Below are positions 49,626 to 61,667 of a stretch of 64,000 nucleotides of DNA, in pieces. The notes below the pieces were generated by a model. The model had not been told where the DNA came from and made no database searches. It saw only the letters and a program-made list of their open reading frames with translations. Both the position numbers and the translations under genes were made by a program. Source of the stretch: Macrostomum lignano (taxonomy: Eukaryota); the NCBI GenBank assembly GCA_002269645.1, contig NIVC01003166.1, positions 1 to 64,000 of the forward strand. The letters run 5' to 3'. Numbering within the stretch: the stretch's first letter is position 1; each line of letters opens with the position of its first letter.

Positions 49626-52600
49626 ATGAGTTGTCCTGCCATGCAGCTGACGTCATGCAGCATTCAGTTCAGCAAGCTGGGCGACCCGCTGATGTCGCTC
49701 GATTTTGCGTCCAACGAGGCGCAGACGGCGTCCACTGTTACAGTTTACAATCGAAAGTCGTTCGGCATGCAAACCAAAGTCTGCGATGCTCCCCTGCCAA
49801 AAAGTGGCAGTTCGTCCTCGAATGAGTTGAAGAGCCTGCTTCATCAAATATTGACCACGGTTGAGTCTTTCAGAACAGAGATGGGCTTCGACAAAGACTT
49901 TCACGGCAAAGCGGCTGCTCATCCTGAGCAGGGCATGCTAGCATTCCACTTCTCCCAAGACCCATCATCTGCGGAGGCCCCGAATCAGCCAGTCTGGAAT
50001 GAGGCCTGGACTCGAACCCCTAGAGCCGATTTTCCCTCGAAAATCGAAGTGACTAGCGGTGAATTCGGACATCAATTCGTGTTTCGAGCGGGTAAAATGC
50101 TGACGGAGCTTAGAAGAAAGGTAGTTAACAAATGTCATTTGTATTTTTTACTGGCAAAATATATATTTGATAATTTAGATGGTTCTCATGGACATAGTCA
50201 CCCAATTTATAAATGGCATAGGTTTCCAGGGTCACTGGCATGAGCACAGTCACCCAGCTGTTAATGGCATAGGTATCCAGGTCACTGGCATGAGCACAGT
50301 CACCCCATCTGTTAATGGCATAGGTATCCAAGGTCACTGGCATGAGCACAGTCACCCCATCTGTTAATGGCATAGGTATCCAAGGTCACTGGCATGAGCA
50401 CAGTCACCCCATCTGTTAATGGCATAGGTATCCAAGGTCACTGGCATGAGCACAGTCACCCCATCTGTTAATGGCATAGGTATCCAAGGTCACTGGCATG
50501 AGCACAGTCACATAGAGATTTCGATGACATGAGTGTGTACAAGCACATGCAGCGTCATATTGTTTTCATTTCAACACTGCTCCAAAAAACGTCCCGTTGA
50601 ACAGCGCAACAACCGGGAGACCTTGATGATCACTGATGTTAACGGCGTTAACAGTACCGGCGACGAAGAAATTTTCGACGCCATCGACAGTGAAATATCG
50701 GATAGCCATCGAGTGTGCTTCGGCGTTCGCTGGACAGCCAGAACTGGCCGTCTGCGCGTTGTCTGCTGGCTGCATCCTGAGTGGCCGGAGCAGCGACTGG
50801 CACGAGCTGGACCGCATTACAGCGCCTGGCTGCGCAGTCGAATGAGGAAGGCCGCTGTTAACAACTATCTGTGCGTATTGGACGATTTCGTTGGAGAACG
50901 AAACCAGAGTAATTCAAATGATGTCGCGGAGGCTGTACTGGCAGAAGCTGACGGCAGAGGAGAAGGTAAGTTTACACTGAGTTAGCGAGGTAACTTGGTA
51001 CTTCTCGGTCCCTCGGTCACAGTCATATCGAGATTTTGATGACGTAAGTGAGTGTGTACAAGTACATGTAGCACACGTCTAGCTTTCTTTGATGTAAAAC
51101 TTCGAAGTTCACATAGGGCTTTGACCACTGTCGCAAATTACGAAATGGACAGTTGACCCGAGAGAAAGGTAGAAAGTAAGCGAGTTAGTCAGACCGATTC
51201 CACCGACCTCACAGCACTCAAACGGATACGTGCGCAGGAACACACTAACGCAGGACACTTGTCTTGAGGGTTTAGCTCGCGTGCCCCTAAGTAAATCATA
51301 AGGCAACCCTTGATTTATTTTCGGGCACAACGTCTAAATCCAGGACAGTTCAATGCGAGAGTCAGACGCTTTACCGCTGATGTTCTCTGGCCCTACGAAG
51401 TTAATATAGCACTCGGTTTCTTACTTTTTCCAGACTGCCCGCTATTTTTCTTGGCCGTGGAGTCGCACAGTTTCACCGTGGCAGATTGGCTCCTCGAATA
51501 CAGAAAAAAACTGCTCCGACAAGAAGACGACAGGATCGAAGTTGTTACCATTCAAGCGATTGACGCCTACAATAAATGGGGCGACACGGCGCTAACGCGT
51601 TGTTGCGGTCGCGGCGGTGATCCAAAAGTCATCAATTACTTGCTGTCCAGAGGCTGCGATCGGCTTCATCAGACAGACATCACCGGTAACACCGCTATGC
51701 ACCGGCTCGCCGCATCAATTCCGTCAACTGCCGACGGTCAGACTGTGGTTCGGCCGGTGCTCAACGCCCTGCTGAATGGATTGTCGGTCGATCTGCTCAC
51801 GGAGTGGCTTGCCAAAGAGAACCACGCAGGGGAGCGAGCGGCGGCTTTAGTTTCCAATGCCGCTATGCTGGATGCTCTGTTGGAGGCGTTGGAAATTCCA
51901 ATGGCCAGGTGACGAAGTTAAATTATTGTATTCTTGCTTTTGTTTAACTTGCACCGACCAGCCTGTTTACAAGATTTTAGACTATTTTGGGGAAATAACG
52001 CACCAACCATACTAGAATTTGTGTCACAATCCAAACTACAGTTTGTGTCACCATCAAAACTACAGTTTGTGTCACCATCCAAACTACAGTTTGTGTCACC
52101 ATCCAAACTACAGTTTGTGTCACCATCCAAACTACAGTTTGTGTCACCATCCAAACTACAGTTTGTGTCACCATCCAAATTACAGTTTGTGTCACCATCC
52201 AAACTACAGTTTGTTTCACCATCCAAATTACAGTTGGTGTCACCATCCAAATTATAGTTTGTGTCACCATCCAAATTACAGTTTGTGTCACCATCCAAAT
52301 TACAGTTTGTGTCACTATCCAAATTACAGTTGGTGTCATCATCCAAATTACAGTTGGTGTCACCATCCAAATTACAGTTGGTGTCACCATCCAAATTACA
52401 GTTTGTTTCACCATCCAAACTACAGTTTGTTTCACAATCAAAACTACAGTTTGTGTCACCATCCAAACTACAGTTTGTGCCACCACCCAAATTACAGTTT
52501 GTTTCACCATCTAAACTACAGTTTGTGTCACAATCTACACTTTAGTTGTGTCACCATCCAAACTACAGTTTGTGCCACCACCCAAATTACAGTTTGTTTC

Positions 52601-55600
52601 ACCATCTAAACTAGAGTTTGTGTCACAATCTACACTTTAGTTTTGTCACAATCCAAACTACAGTTTTTGTCACAATCTACACTACAGTTTGTGTCACAAT
52701 CTACACTACAGTTGTGTCACAATCCAAACTACAGTTTTTGTCACAATCTACACTACAGTTTGTGTCACAATCTACACTACAGTTGTGTCACAATCCAAAC
52801 TACCGTTTGTGTCACAATCCAAACTACAGTTTGTGTCACAATCTACACTACAGTTGTGTCACAATCCAAACTACAATTTGTGTCACCTTTCAGTTTATAT
52901 TGTGTCACCCCTCAGAGGGCAGTTTGTGACTGTCGCCATGCAATACGTGTCGCCATTTAGTGATGACCTTCTGTCTCCCCAACCTACATGTATGCAGCGC
53001 TCAGAGCCACCAATCCGGGACACTCGGCAGGCCCAAACTCGACTGCCAGCTGCTGTTTCGCTCGGCCAGCGGCTCCAGCATCGGGCACAGTCTAGCAGCT
53101 TTCGGCAGTCTTGAAGCCGTCGAGCCGGTGGTCACTGGCCGGTTGGGCGTGGAAACTTGGAAAGAACTGCTGTGCGGCAACTGCCAGTTCGGCTACACGC
53201 CGATGCACGCAGCCTGTCAGACTGGGAAATGGTCCAACGTTGCCTACCTGATGCAGGAAATGATCCTGCCTCCGCCGCCTCCGTCTGCGCTGGACTTGGC
53301 TATCAGAGAGCGTCAGCTTATCACCTATAAACAGTTTAACAATTTTGCCGATTGCATGAAGACTGGGTCGAATATTTGCACCGAATCAGCTGATATGAGC
53401 TGCTCTGATGCTGAGGCCGTAGCTTTAACCATTTTGGATCGAGCAGAAGACTGCCTTGTGGCTGCGGATCAGGAGAATGGTAATCTACCTTCTATAATGC
53501 GAGTTGGCGAGGTAGCTCAGCTTATGTATCGGCTTATCTATCAGCTGGTGCCTCAGAAATATTTGACTTGATCACGGTTTCTTAGAAAATCTTTTAATCC
53601 CAGACAGGTGTCTCCACAACAGGCAGGCATCCTAAACAGTTTTTTGAGACATGTGCCCCTGACAGGTATCAGAGACAGGTGTCACAGACCGGTATCACAG
53701 ACAGGTGTCACAGACAGGTGTCACAGACAGGTGTCACAGACAGGTGTCACAGACAGGTGTCACAGACAGGTGTCACAGACAGGTGTCACAGACAGGTGTC
53801 ACAGACAGGTGTCACAGACAGGTGTCACAGACAGGTGTCACAGACAGGTGTCACAGACAGGTGTCACAGACAGGTGTCACAGACAGGTGTCACAGACAGG
53901 TGTCACAGACAGGTGTCACAGACAGGTGTCACAGACAGGTGTCACAGACAGGTGTCACAGACAGGTGTCACAGACAGGTGTCACAGACAGGTGTCACAGA
54001 CAGGTGTCACAGACAGGTGTCACAGACAGGTGTCACAGACAGGTGTCACAGACAGGTGTCACAGACAGGTGTCACAGACAGGTGTCACAGACAGGTGTCA
54101 CAGACAGGTGTCACAGACAGGTGTCACAGACAGGTGTCACAGACAGGTGTCACAGACAGGTGTCACAGACAGGTGTCACAGACAGGTGTCACAGACAGGT
54201 GTCACAGACAGGTGTCACAGACAGGTGTCACAGACAGGTGTCACAGACAGGTGTCACAGACAGGTGTCACAGACAGGTGTCACAGACAGGTGTCACAGAC
54301 AGGTGTCACAGACAGGTGTCACAGACAGGTGTCACAGACAGGTGTCACAGACAGGTGTCACAGACAGGTGTCACAGACAGGTGTCACAGACAGGTGTCAC
54401 AGACAGGTGTCACAGACAGGTGTCACAGACAGGTGTCACAGACAGGTGTCACAGGCAGGTGTCACAGACAGGTGTCACAGGCAGGTGTAACAGACAGGTG
54501 TCTCAGTCGTACAACGTTCTTCCCTACCCAACGCTATCCAGACAAAACTGAGGCGGCCAACTTTCGCCTCCAGTGGTCCATGGCCGCCCTGGCAACCACA
54601 GCGTCGTCTGCTTTTAGCGACGACGCCAGCAGAGACCCGGTCCTCGGCTGCGTTCAAGCGGCCCTCCGGGACGGGTCGGCAGCGCCGCTGCGGGGTCTGA
54701 TTCGCGGCAGCGGCTCGGACGACAGCTCGGGATTGGGCCTGGCGCTTCAGGTTTGCTGATTAAATTGTTGATTAAAATTTAAACTAGCGATTGCATACTA
54801 CTGACGAGTAGGGGCATCGAGATTGGGCGTTGATCCTTTTTTGCATGTGAAAAATTGCAAACTGACATAACTAGTTTTCTTATGGAATTATTTCTTGACG
54901 CTTGCATCAACAGACGAGTCTGTAATGAGCTTGAGACAGTAAAGATTCCGCAGGACAAGTTCTGGACAATCGCGACTTCTCAATTTGTTTGGAACGGGCA
55001 TTGGGAGCACAAAGAGCACAAAGCGAGGAGAAATGAAAGGGAAGAGAGAAGAGAAAGGAGAGGGGACATGAAGGACGCAGAGGGCGCAGAGGGCGCAGAG
55101 GGCGCAGAGGGCGCGGAGGGCGCGGAGGGCGCAGAAAAAAGGACACAGAGGACACATTGGACGCAGAGGAGAGGACACAGGAGAGGACACAGAGGACGCA
55201 GAGGACACAGAGGACGCAGAGGACACAAAGGAGAGAGCACAGGAGACACAGAGAAGAGGACACAGAGGACGCAGAGGACACAGAGGACGCAGAGGACACA
55301 GAGGAGAAAGCACAGGAGACACAGAGGAGAGAACACAGGACGCAGAGGACACAGAGGACACAGAGGAGAGAGCACAAGAGACACAGAGAAGAGGACACAG
55401 AGGACACAGAGGAGAGAGCACAGGGGACACAGAGAAGAGGACACAGAGGACGCAGAGGACACAGAGGAGAGAGCACAGGAGACACAGAGAAGAGGACACA
55501 GAGGACGCAGAGGACACAGAGGACGCAGAGGACACAGAGGAGAGAGCACATGAGACACAGAGGAGAGAGCACAGGAGACACAGAGGAGAGAGCACAGGAG

Positions 55601-58600
55601 ACACAGAGGAGAGAGCACAGGAGACACAGAGAAGAGAACACAGGACGCAGAGGACACAGAGGAGAGAGCACAGGAGACACAGAGGAGAGAGCACAGGAGA
55701 CACAGAGAAGAGAACACAGGACGCAGAGGACACAGAGGAGAGAGCACAGGAGACACAGAGGAGAGAGCACAGGAGACACAGAGAAGAGAACACAGGACGC
55801 AGAGGACACAGAGGAGAGAGCACAGGACGCAGAGGACACAGAGGACACAGAGGAGAGAGCACAGGAGACACAGAGAAGAGAACACAGGACGCAGAGGACA
55901 CAGAGGACACAGAGGAGAGAACACAGGACGCAGAGGACACAGAGGAGAGAGCACAGGAGACACAGAGAAGAGAACACAGGACGCAGAAGACACAAAACTT
56001 GCATTTCTTGCAGGCCCTGGAGTCGCAGCCGCACCAACTGCTCAAACTCACTCTGCCGGGCGAGAATCTCACTTGTCCAGGGAGTCTGGACGGCCTTCTC
56101 GGCCTGGCACTTCGGCGGAAGAAGTGGCAGCTGGCGGGCGAGCTGCTGCCGGCTCGCCAGTTCGACCTGCTGCCAGCCTGCCTGGGCATCATGCTGACCC
56201 TGCGGCTGCGACAGGCGGACCTGCTGCAGCAGTCAGACGAGAGTCAGGCAGCTGCGCTACTTGGCAGCAGTTCCAGACGACGGGGCAGCGCTGTTGATGT
56301 TGAACTCCCGTTTGAACTGGCAGAGGTGAGGCACCATTTGAGCGCAGGAGACCACTTTTAAATTGTAAGAAAACCCATTTGGTTTCAATCCTTGGTTACG
56401 TTTCATTCATAACTGCTCGCCTAATCTCAAAAAACTCTTTCAAGGCTCTCTACAGTCAGGCAAAGCAGGTGTTCTGCACGGCGCTCCAGCGGCTCTACAG
56501 GGGCGCCATCACGGAGGCGCACAAAGGCCTGGTGTTCAACTATCTCGGCGGTCGGTTTCACGGCGGTGACAGCTCAGGCAGGGGACCGTTATTCTGTCCG
56601 GACGTGATTCGCGGCGATAGCGACGGCAGCGACGGTCGGTGCCTTTTCGACCTCATGCTGCTAACGCACGAGCCGGAGCTGCTGGCTCTGCCCTGCGCCA
56701 CAGACTACGTCGACCTGCTGCTGGCCAGCCCGCGAACCTTCTGCTGTCATCTGTGCCGCGACAGCCACGGCGACCGGCGCTTGGAAGGCCCGAGTTGCAG
56801 CTCCGGCCCGGTTCGAATCATCTCGAGCCTCTGGCCGGAACGTGGCGACCGGCTGCGGCGACGTCTGCCAAATGGCTGCACTCCGCAGGTCAGCATGCTT
56901 GTTTGCGCGCTCTTCAATGCCGCCTTTCTCTGCCTGCTTGGCTTCTACGTGTACGAGGTGAGGAAATTACCGGCTTAACTTGGTGAAATAGATGGTCAGG
57001 GAGGTGGACTGAAGAAGAAGAGGTTCTGAGGGATACGATGACCGAGCAGACACGATGACCGAGCAGACACGATGACCGAGCAGACACGATGACCGAGCAG
57101 ACACGATGACCGAGCAGACACGATGACCGAGCAGACACGATGACCGAGCAGACACGATGACCGAGCAGACACGATGACCGAGTAGACACGATGACCGAGC
57201 AGACACGATGACCGAGCAGACACGATGACCGAGCAGACACGATGACCGAGCAGACACGATGACCGAGCAGACACGATGACCGAGCAGACACGATGACCGA
57301 GCAGACACGATGACCGAGCAGACACGATGACCGAGCAGACACGATGACCGAGCAGACACGATGACCGAGCAGACACGATGACCGAGCAGACACGATGACC
57401 GAGCAGACACGATGACCGAGCAGACACGATGACCGAACAGACTCGAATACGTGTCAAAATTACATACTAAACTTTCGAAAACCAACCTGCTAATTCCTCA
57501 GGTGGGAGAACCGAGATCTCACGGCGCAATGATGTTTTTGAAGCTGCTACTCCTGTTCTGCGGCCTGTCCTACTCTGTCCAAGAGTTGCAGGACGTTCGA
57601 TCCGTAAAATTCGTGCCGGGTTATAAATCGATGAGCTTTTGCAAGCGACTGTCCTGGTACCTGTCCTACAGATGGAACCTAGTGGACATTGCAGCCATGG
57701 CATTTCTACTGATTGGATTAATTTGGATCATTGTACTGGACGCTACAACCGTATCGTATAAAGAAACCACCAACGGCTTGTCGTACTACTTTGCCAGGTA
57801 AAAACTACTTTGTTGATTACCAACCGCCAACCGCAACTTGAGATTAGAAACACCAATTAGCAACATCACAGTCAGATTAGCAACCCTGCTTTGAGATTAG
57901 CAACCTTCCTAAGCGCATGACGCGTATTCACCTGAAGCATAGCAACACCGCATCTGCATCCTCCAGGCTATTTTTAGCTGTGTCATTCATCTTCTACTGT
58001 ATGCGGATGCTGTCCAGTCTTGGTTATTTCGAACGTCTCGGCCTCTACATCAGCATCACTAAGACGACAATTATGATGGACGTCATTCCGTTTCTGATTG
58101 TCAATGCGTTTTTTCTCGCATCGTTTGGTATATTGATTGTGTGCCTGCTGTTTCCCAGCGGGCACACCTACGTGCAAGGTAAGCGATGATCTATCTGAAT
58201 TATACACCTGTAAAATGTAGGAATACACCTGTAAAATGCAGGAATACACCTGTAAAATTTAAGAGTACACCTCTAAAATGTAGGAATACACCTGTAAAAT
58301 GCAGGAATACACCTGTAAAATTTAAGAGTACACCTCTAAAATGTAGGAATACACCTGTAAAATAAAGGAATACACCTGTAAAATGTAGGAATACACCTCT
58401 AAAATGTAGGAATACACCTGTAAAATATAGGAATACACCTGTAAAATGTAGGAATACACCTGTAAAATGTAGGAATACACCTGTAAAACGTAGGAATACA
58501 CCTGTAAAATGCAGGAATACACCTTTAAAATGTAGAATACACCTGTAAAATGCAGGAATACACCTGTAAAATGTAGGAATACACCTGTAAAATGCAGGAA

Positions 58601-60452
58601 TACACCTTTAAAATGTAGGAATACACCTGTAAAATGTAGGAATACACCTGTAAAATGTAGGAATACACCTGTAAAATGTAGGAATACGCCTGCAAAATGT
58701 GGGAATACACCTGTAAAATGTAGGAATACACCTGTAAAATGCAGGAATACACCTTAAAATGTAGAAATTCACCTGTAAAATGTAGGAATTCACCTGTAAA
58801 ATGTAACAGGTGCATTCAACCAGTAAAATGTAAGAAGACACCCATTACACTTGTCAAATATAGAAACAAACCTGCGTCTTTCAAGAAGCATTCTTCGAAT
58901 TCTTGAACCAAAACAGGCAACAACTACGAGAACCCAACTCGATCGGAGATGCTATCAACCGGCTCCTACATCACCGAGGTGTTCCAGCGCCCTCTGCTCG
59001 CCCATTTCGGCGAGTTTGGCATGGACTGGCTGCGCCAGTGCCAGCGCGATCCGCCCAATTCTGGTCAGGAGTCAGAAAGAAACTGCCCTCATCCGCTTGG
59101 CAACAAAATCTATACCCGAGCAGTTCTGTTCGTCTATCTGCTCATCATTAGCATAGTGCTCATCAATGTGCTCATCGCAAAGCTCAGCCTGACAGTTGGC
59201 AAAGAAGACGAACGAGCTCGCGTCATCTGGAGAAGTTTCCGGGCCCAGCTGCTGGCCGAGTTCGGCGGAGAAATTAGCTCGACGCCGCCGATTCTGCTGG
59301 CCATCGCCTGGATTGCGACGTCCCCCGCCAGGCTGTGGAGATGCTGCACGTCTAGGAGGTCCCCAACTGCCGACTCGGTTGGGGGCGCCGCAGCTGCACA
59401 AGGGCACAACGATGTCAACGGAGGTGCTTCAGCTGTTACTGCGACTGCAACAGCTTCCAGTGAAGACTATTCGTACAACATCACGAGTGACACGGTTATG
59501 ACCACTGTAGTGGCCAAAGGTTCTCAGGGAAGCCTGCTATCGGAGGCTGAGAAAGCCGAACTGGGCGGAGCTGATGAGGTGAGTTCCTCCATGCCACCAG
59601 TAGTTGCCGGAGACTGTGCGATTGCGTTTCTGCTTGCTCCTCGGGAGCTCGAAGGTGGATAGGTGGCTCAGTAACTTGAGATCTAGGTCGTTTGGGAGGC
59701 TGGCCCAGCAACTGAGGGTCTGTAAGAGGCTGGCCCAGCAACTAAGGATCTGAGAAACTAATCCAGCAACTGAGGATCTGGGAGGCTGGCCCAGCAACTG
59801 ACACTATGGGAGGCTGGTGGCCCAGCAACTGAGGATCTGGGAGGCTGTTGGTCCAGCAATTTTTGAGGATCTAGGAGGCTGGCCCAGCAACTGAGGATCT
59901 GGGAGGCTGGCCCAGCAACTGGAGGATCTGGGAGGCTGGTAGCCTAGCAAATGGGGGATCTGGGAGGCTGGCCCAGCAACTGAGGATCTGGGAGGCTAGC
60001 CCAGCAACTGAGGATCTAGGAGGCTGGCCCAGCAACTGAGGATCTGGGAGGCTGGCATAGCAACTGAGGATCTGAGAGGCTGGCCCAGCAACTGGGGATC
60101 TGGGAGGCTGGTAGCCTAGCAAATGGGGGATCTGGGAGGCTGGCCCAGCAACTGGGGGATCTGGGAGGCTGGTGGCCCAGTAACTGGGGTATCTGGGAGG
60201 CTGGTAGCCCAGCAACTGGGGGATCTGGGAGGCTGGCCCAGCAACTGGGGGATCTTGGATGCGGTTTCGTGATAAAAAGCAAACTCCTTATCTTTTAAAC
60301 CACCTCAGAGGAGCAGCGCAGCCCTGCCCTGGTGGCAGGTTGCTCACGGCAACAATCGCATGGCGCCGAAAGATTTCCGCGAGTTTCTCTGGTTCCAGTC
60401 GATGCAGTTCAGAACAGTGCGACAAAAGTTCGCCATAGCCAGCCGCAATTGA
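49626..60452 (+). CDS. TRP channel with ankyrin repeats and a TRPM-like linker, TM region and TRP box (11 exons)
   Basis: Phase-consistent exons 49626-50120, 50605-50965, 51434-51908, 52998-53479, 54542-54750, 56014-56325, 56460-56957, 57502-57797, 57967-58178, 58917-59578, 60309-60452. Ankyrin motifs WGDTALTRCC, GNTAMHRLA, GYTPMHAAC; WNLVDIAA; RLGLYISI...DVIPFL; FQRPLLAHFGEF; VLINVLIAKL; WRSFRAQLLAEF..TPPIL. Confidence 0.85.
50197..50510. repeat. ~51-bp minisatellite, ~6 copies (TRP intron 1)
   Basis: GTCACTGGCATGAGCACAGTCACCCCATCTGTTAATGGCATAGGTATCCAAG read directly. Confidence 0.92.
52018..52887. repeat. 24-bp minisatellite GTGTCACCATCCAAACTACAGTTT (TRP intron 3)
   Basis: Read directly; shifts to a CACAATCTACAC variant in the 3' half. 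Confidence 0.95.
53661..54503. repeat. 13-bp near-perfect minisatellite GACAGGTGTCACA, ~64 copies (TRP intron 4)
   Basis: Read directly. Confidence 0.97.
55070..55992. repeat. Purine-rich compound repeat GAGGACACA/GAGGACGCA/GAGAGCACAG (TRP intron 5)
   Basis: Read directly. Confidence 0.93.
57035..57442. repeat. 17-bp minisatellite ACGATGACCGAGCAGAC, ~24 copies (TRP intron 7)
   Basis: Read directly. Confidence 0.97.
58202..58830. repeat. 21-bp minisatellite AATACACCTGTAAAATGTAGG, ~29 copies (TRP intron 9)
   Basis: Read directly. Confidence 0.95.
59695..60257. repeat. ~28-bp minisatellite GAGGATCTGGGAGGCTGGCCCAGCAACT (TRP intron 10)
   Basis: Read directly. Confidence 0.93.
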
Positions 60453-61465
60453 CTACTGCCCGACCATAGATTTCAAAGCTATAATTTTATAACCCTTATC
60501 GGCTTCTGATAACGGTGGCGGCATGTTTTATTTTATTTTCTCTCTCAATATTTCAAATTGGATTTGTAATGATTTAACTATACCATCGTGTTTTAACCAC
60601 GTTAATAGACATTTTCTCGTTGTGTGGCGTGTCCGTTTAAACTACGTGTCGATAAAATATAAGTTTACAAGCGCTATCGTGTTTTATAATAATGCTACCT
60701 AAAGGACTTCAGAAATCTACTGTACTCCATCATTTTCTGCCCATTTTTATCTTTTATCCAGAAGAGGCAACAACCTCCAAAGCACAGTGTGTGTAGTACA
60801 TAATTGAGATGACGATAAGGTAAGCAAAGTCTGTTAAAAGTGTTACACGTACTTTGACAAGAATCACTCTGGGGCGACTCTGTGACTTTTAACGTCTTAA
60901 GAAACTGTAATGCGACAGAGAGAGGCGACTGTTGAGTGTTGAATCAAGAGATGAATCGGAAGAGTCGCGAAAAAGCCCTCCAAGAGATGTTGTTTTAAGG
61001 CTTAACTTTCTTCTAACTCGGACCCGAGTAGACTACTTTAAATACGCTCGTAGTTGTTATGTACCGTTTTCAACAGACAGGGCCGCTTTACTCCCAGTGT
61101 GAGTGCGTGCTCAGGGTACTCGTAAATAAAAATAGCTTGCCGCCTCACGGTTTCCGTTGGACTGTCGCCTTTAAGTTGTGGCAACACATCAAATTAGCCC
61201 CTGCGAACCATCAAAATGTACCATCATTGTAAAAACCTAGCTCATCGACTTGACATTAAATGTTCCCCCTTATAAAGATAATAATTGCACGGCGGTTGCA
61301 AGCACTGGCGCAACCGTCATTCCGTTGATTGTTCCATCAAATTCTCGGACACTTGAGCAAATACAAGCGCACCAAATACTGTACGCAGGCACGCACTAGT
61401 ACACATGTTCTCACACGGTTTACAGCTGTCCATGCAATGGTTGGCCCTTTTGGTTGCCTTAACAG

Positions 61466-61667
61466 GCAGATGTGCAACCGACAGCTCAGCCGCAGCTATT
61501 GCGCGGCGCATCTGAAGGCTGCGTACGGCTGTTCAGTCCAAGGACTGGGGGGCCGCCACACACACCCTCAATTACCCCAGCCGATGCCCTGCACCCATTT
61601 TACAGCTGGGTGAACTGAAGCAATGCAGAGTTAAGTTGTGAGTCAGACGCTCAAGCCAACTAGGCTA
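61466..61667 (-). mobile_element. Second, internally deleted copy of the tRNA-derived SINE
   Basis: Shares GCAGATGTGCAACCGACAGCTCAGC and GGGTGAACTGAAG.AATGCAGAGTTAAG with 48300-48545; partial tRNA-like head at ~61638-61667. Confidence 0.65.

Noticed and set aside
51918-52960. Regularly spaced repeats resembling a CRISPR array or a repeat protein (DGDTNCSL)
   Set aside because: No unique spacers, no cas genes, eukaryotic intron context; this is a 24-bp tandem repeat.
53608-56197. Long ORFs (260-434 aa) such as CHRQVSQTGVTDR and LCVLCSLL repeats
   Set aside because: They are translations of intronic minisatellites lying between well-defined GT-AG exons of the TRP gene.
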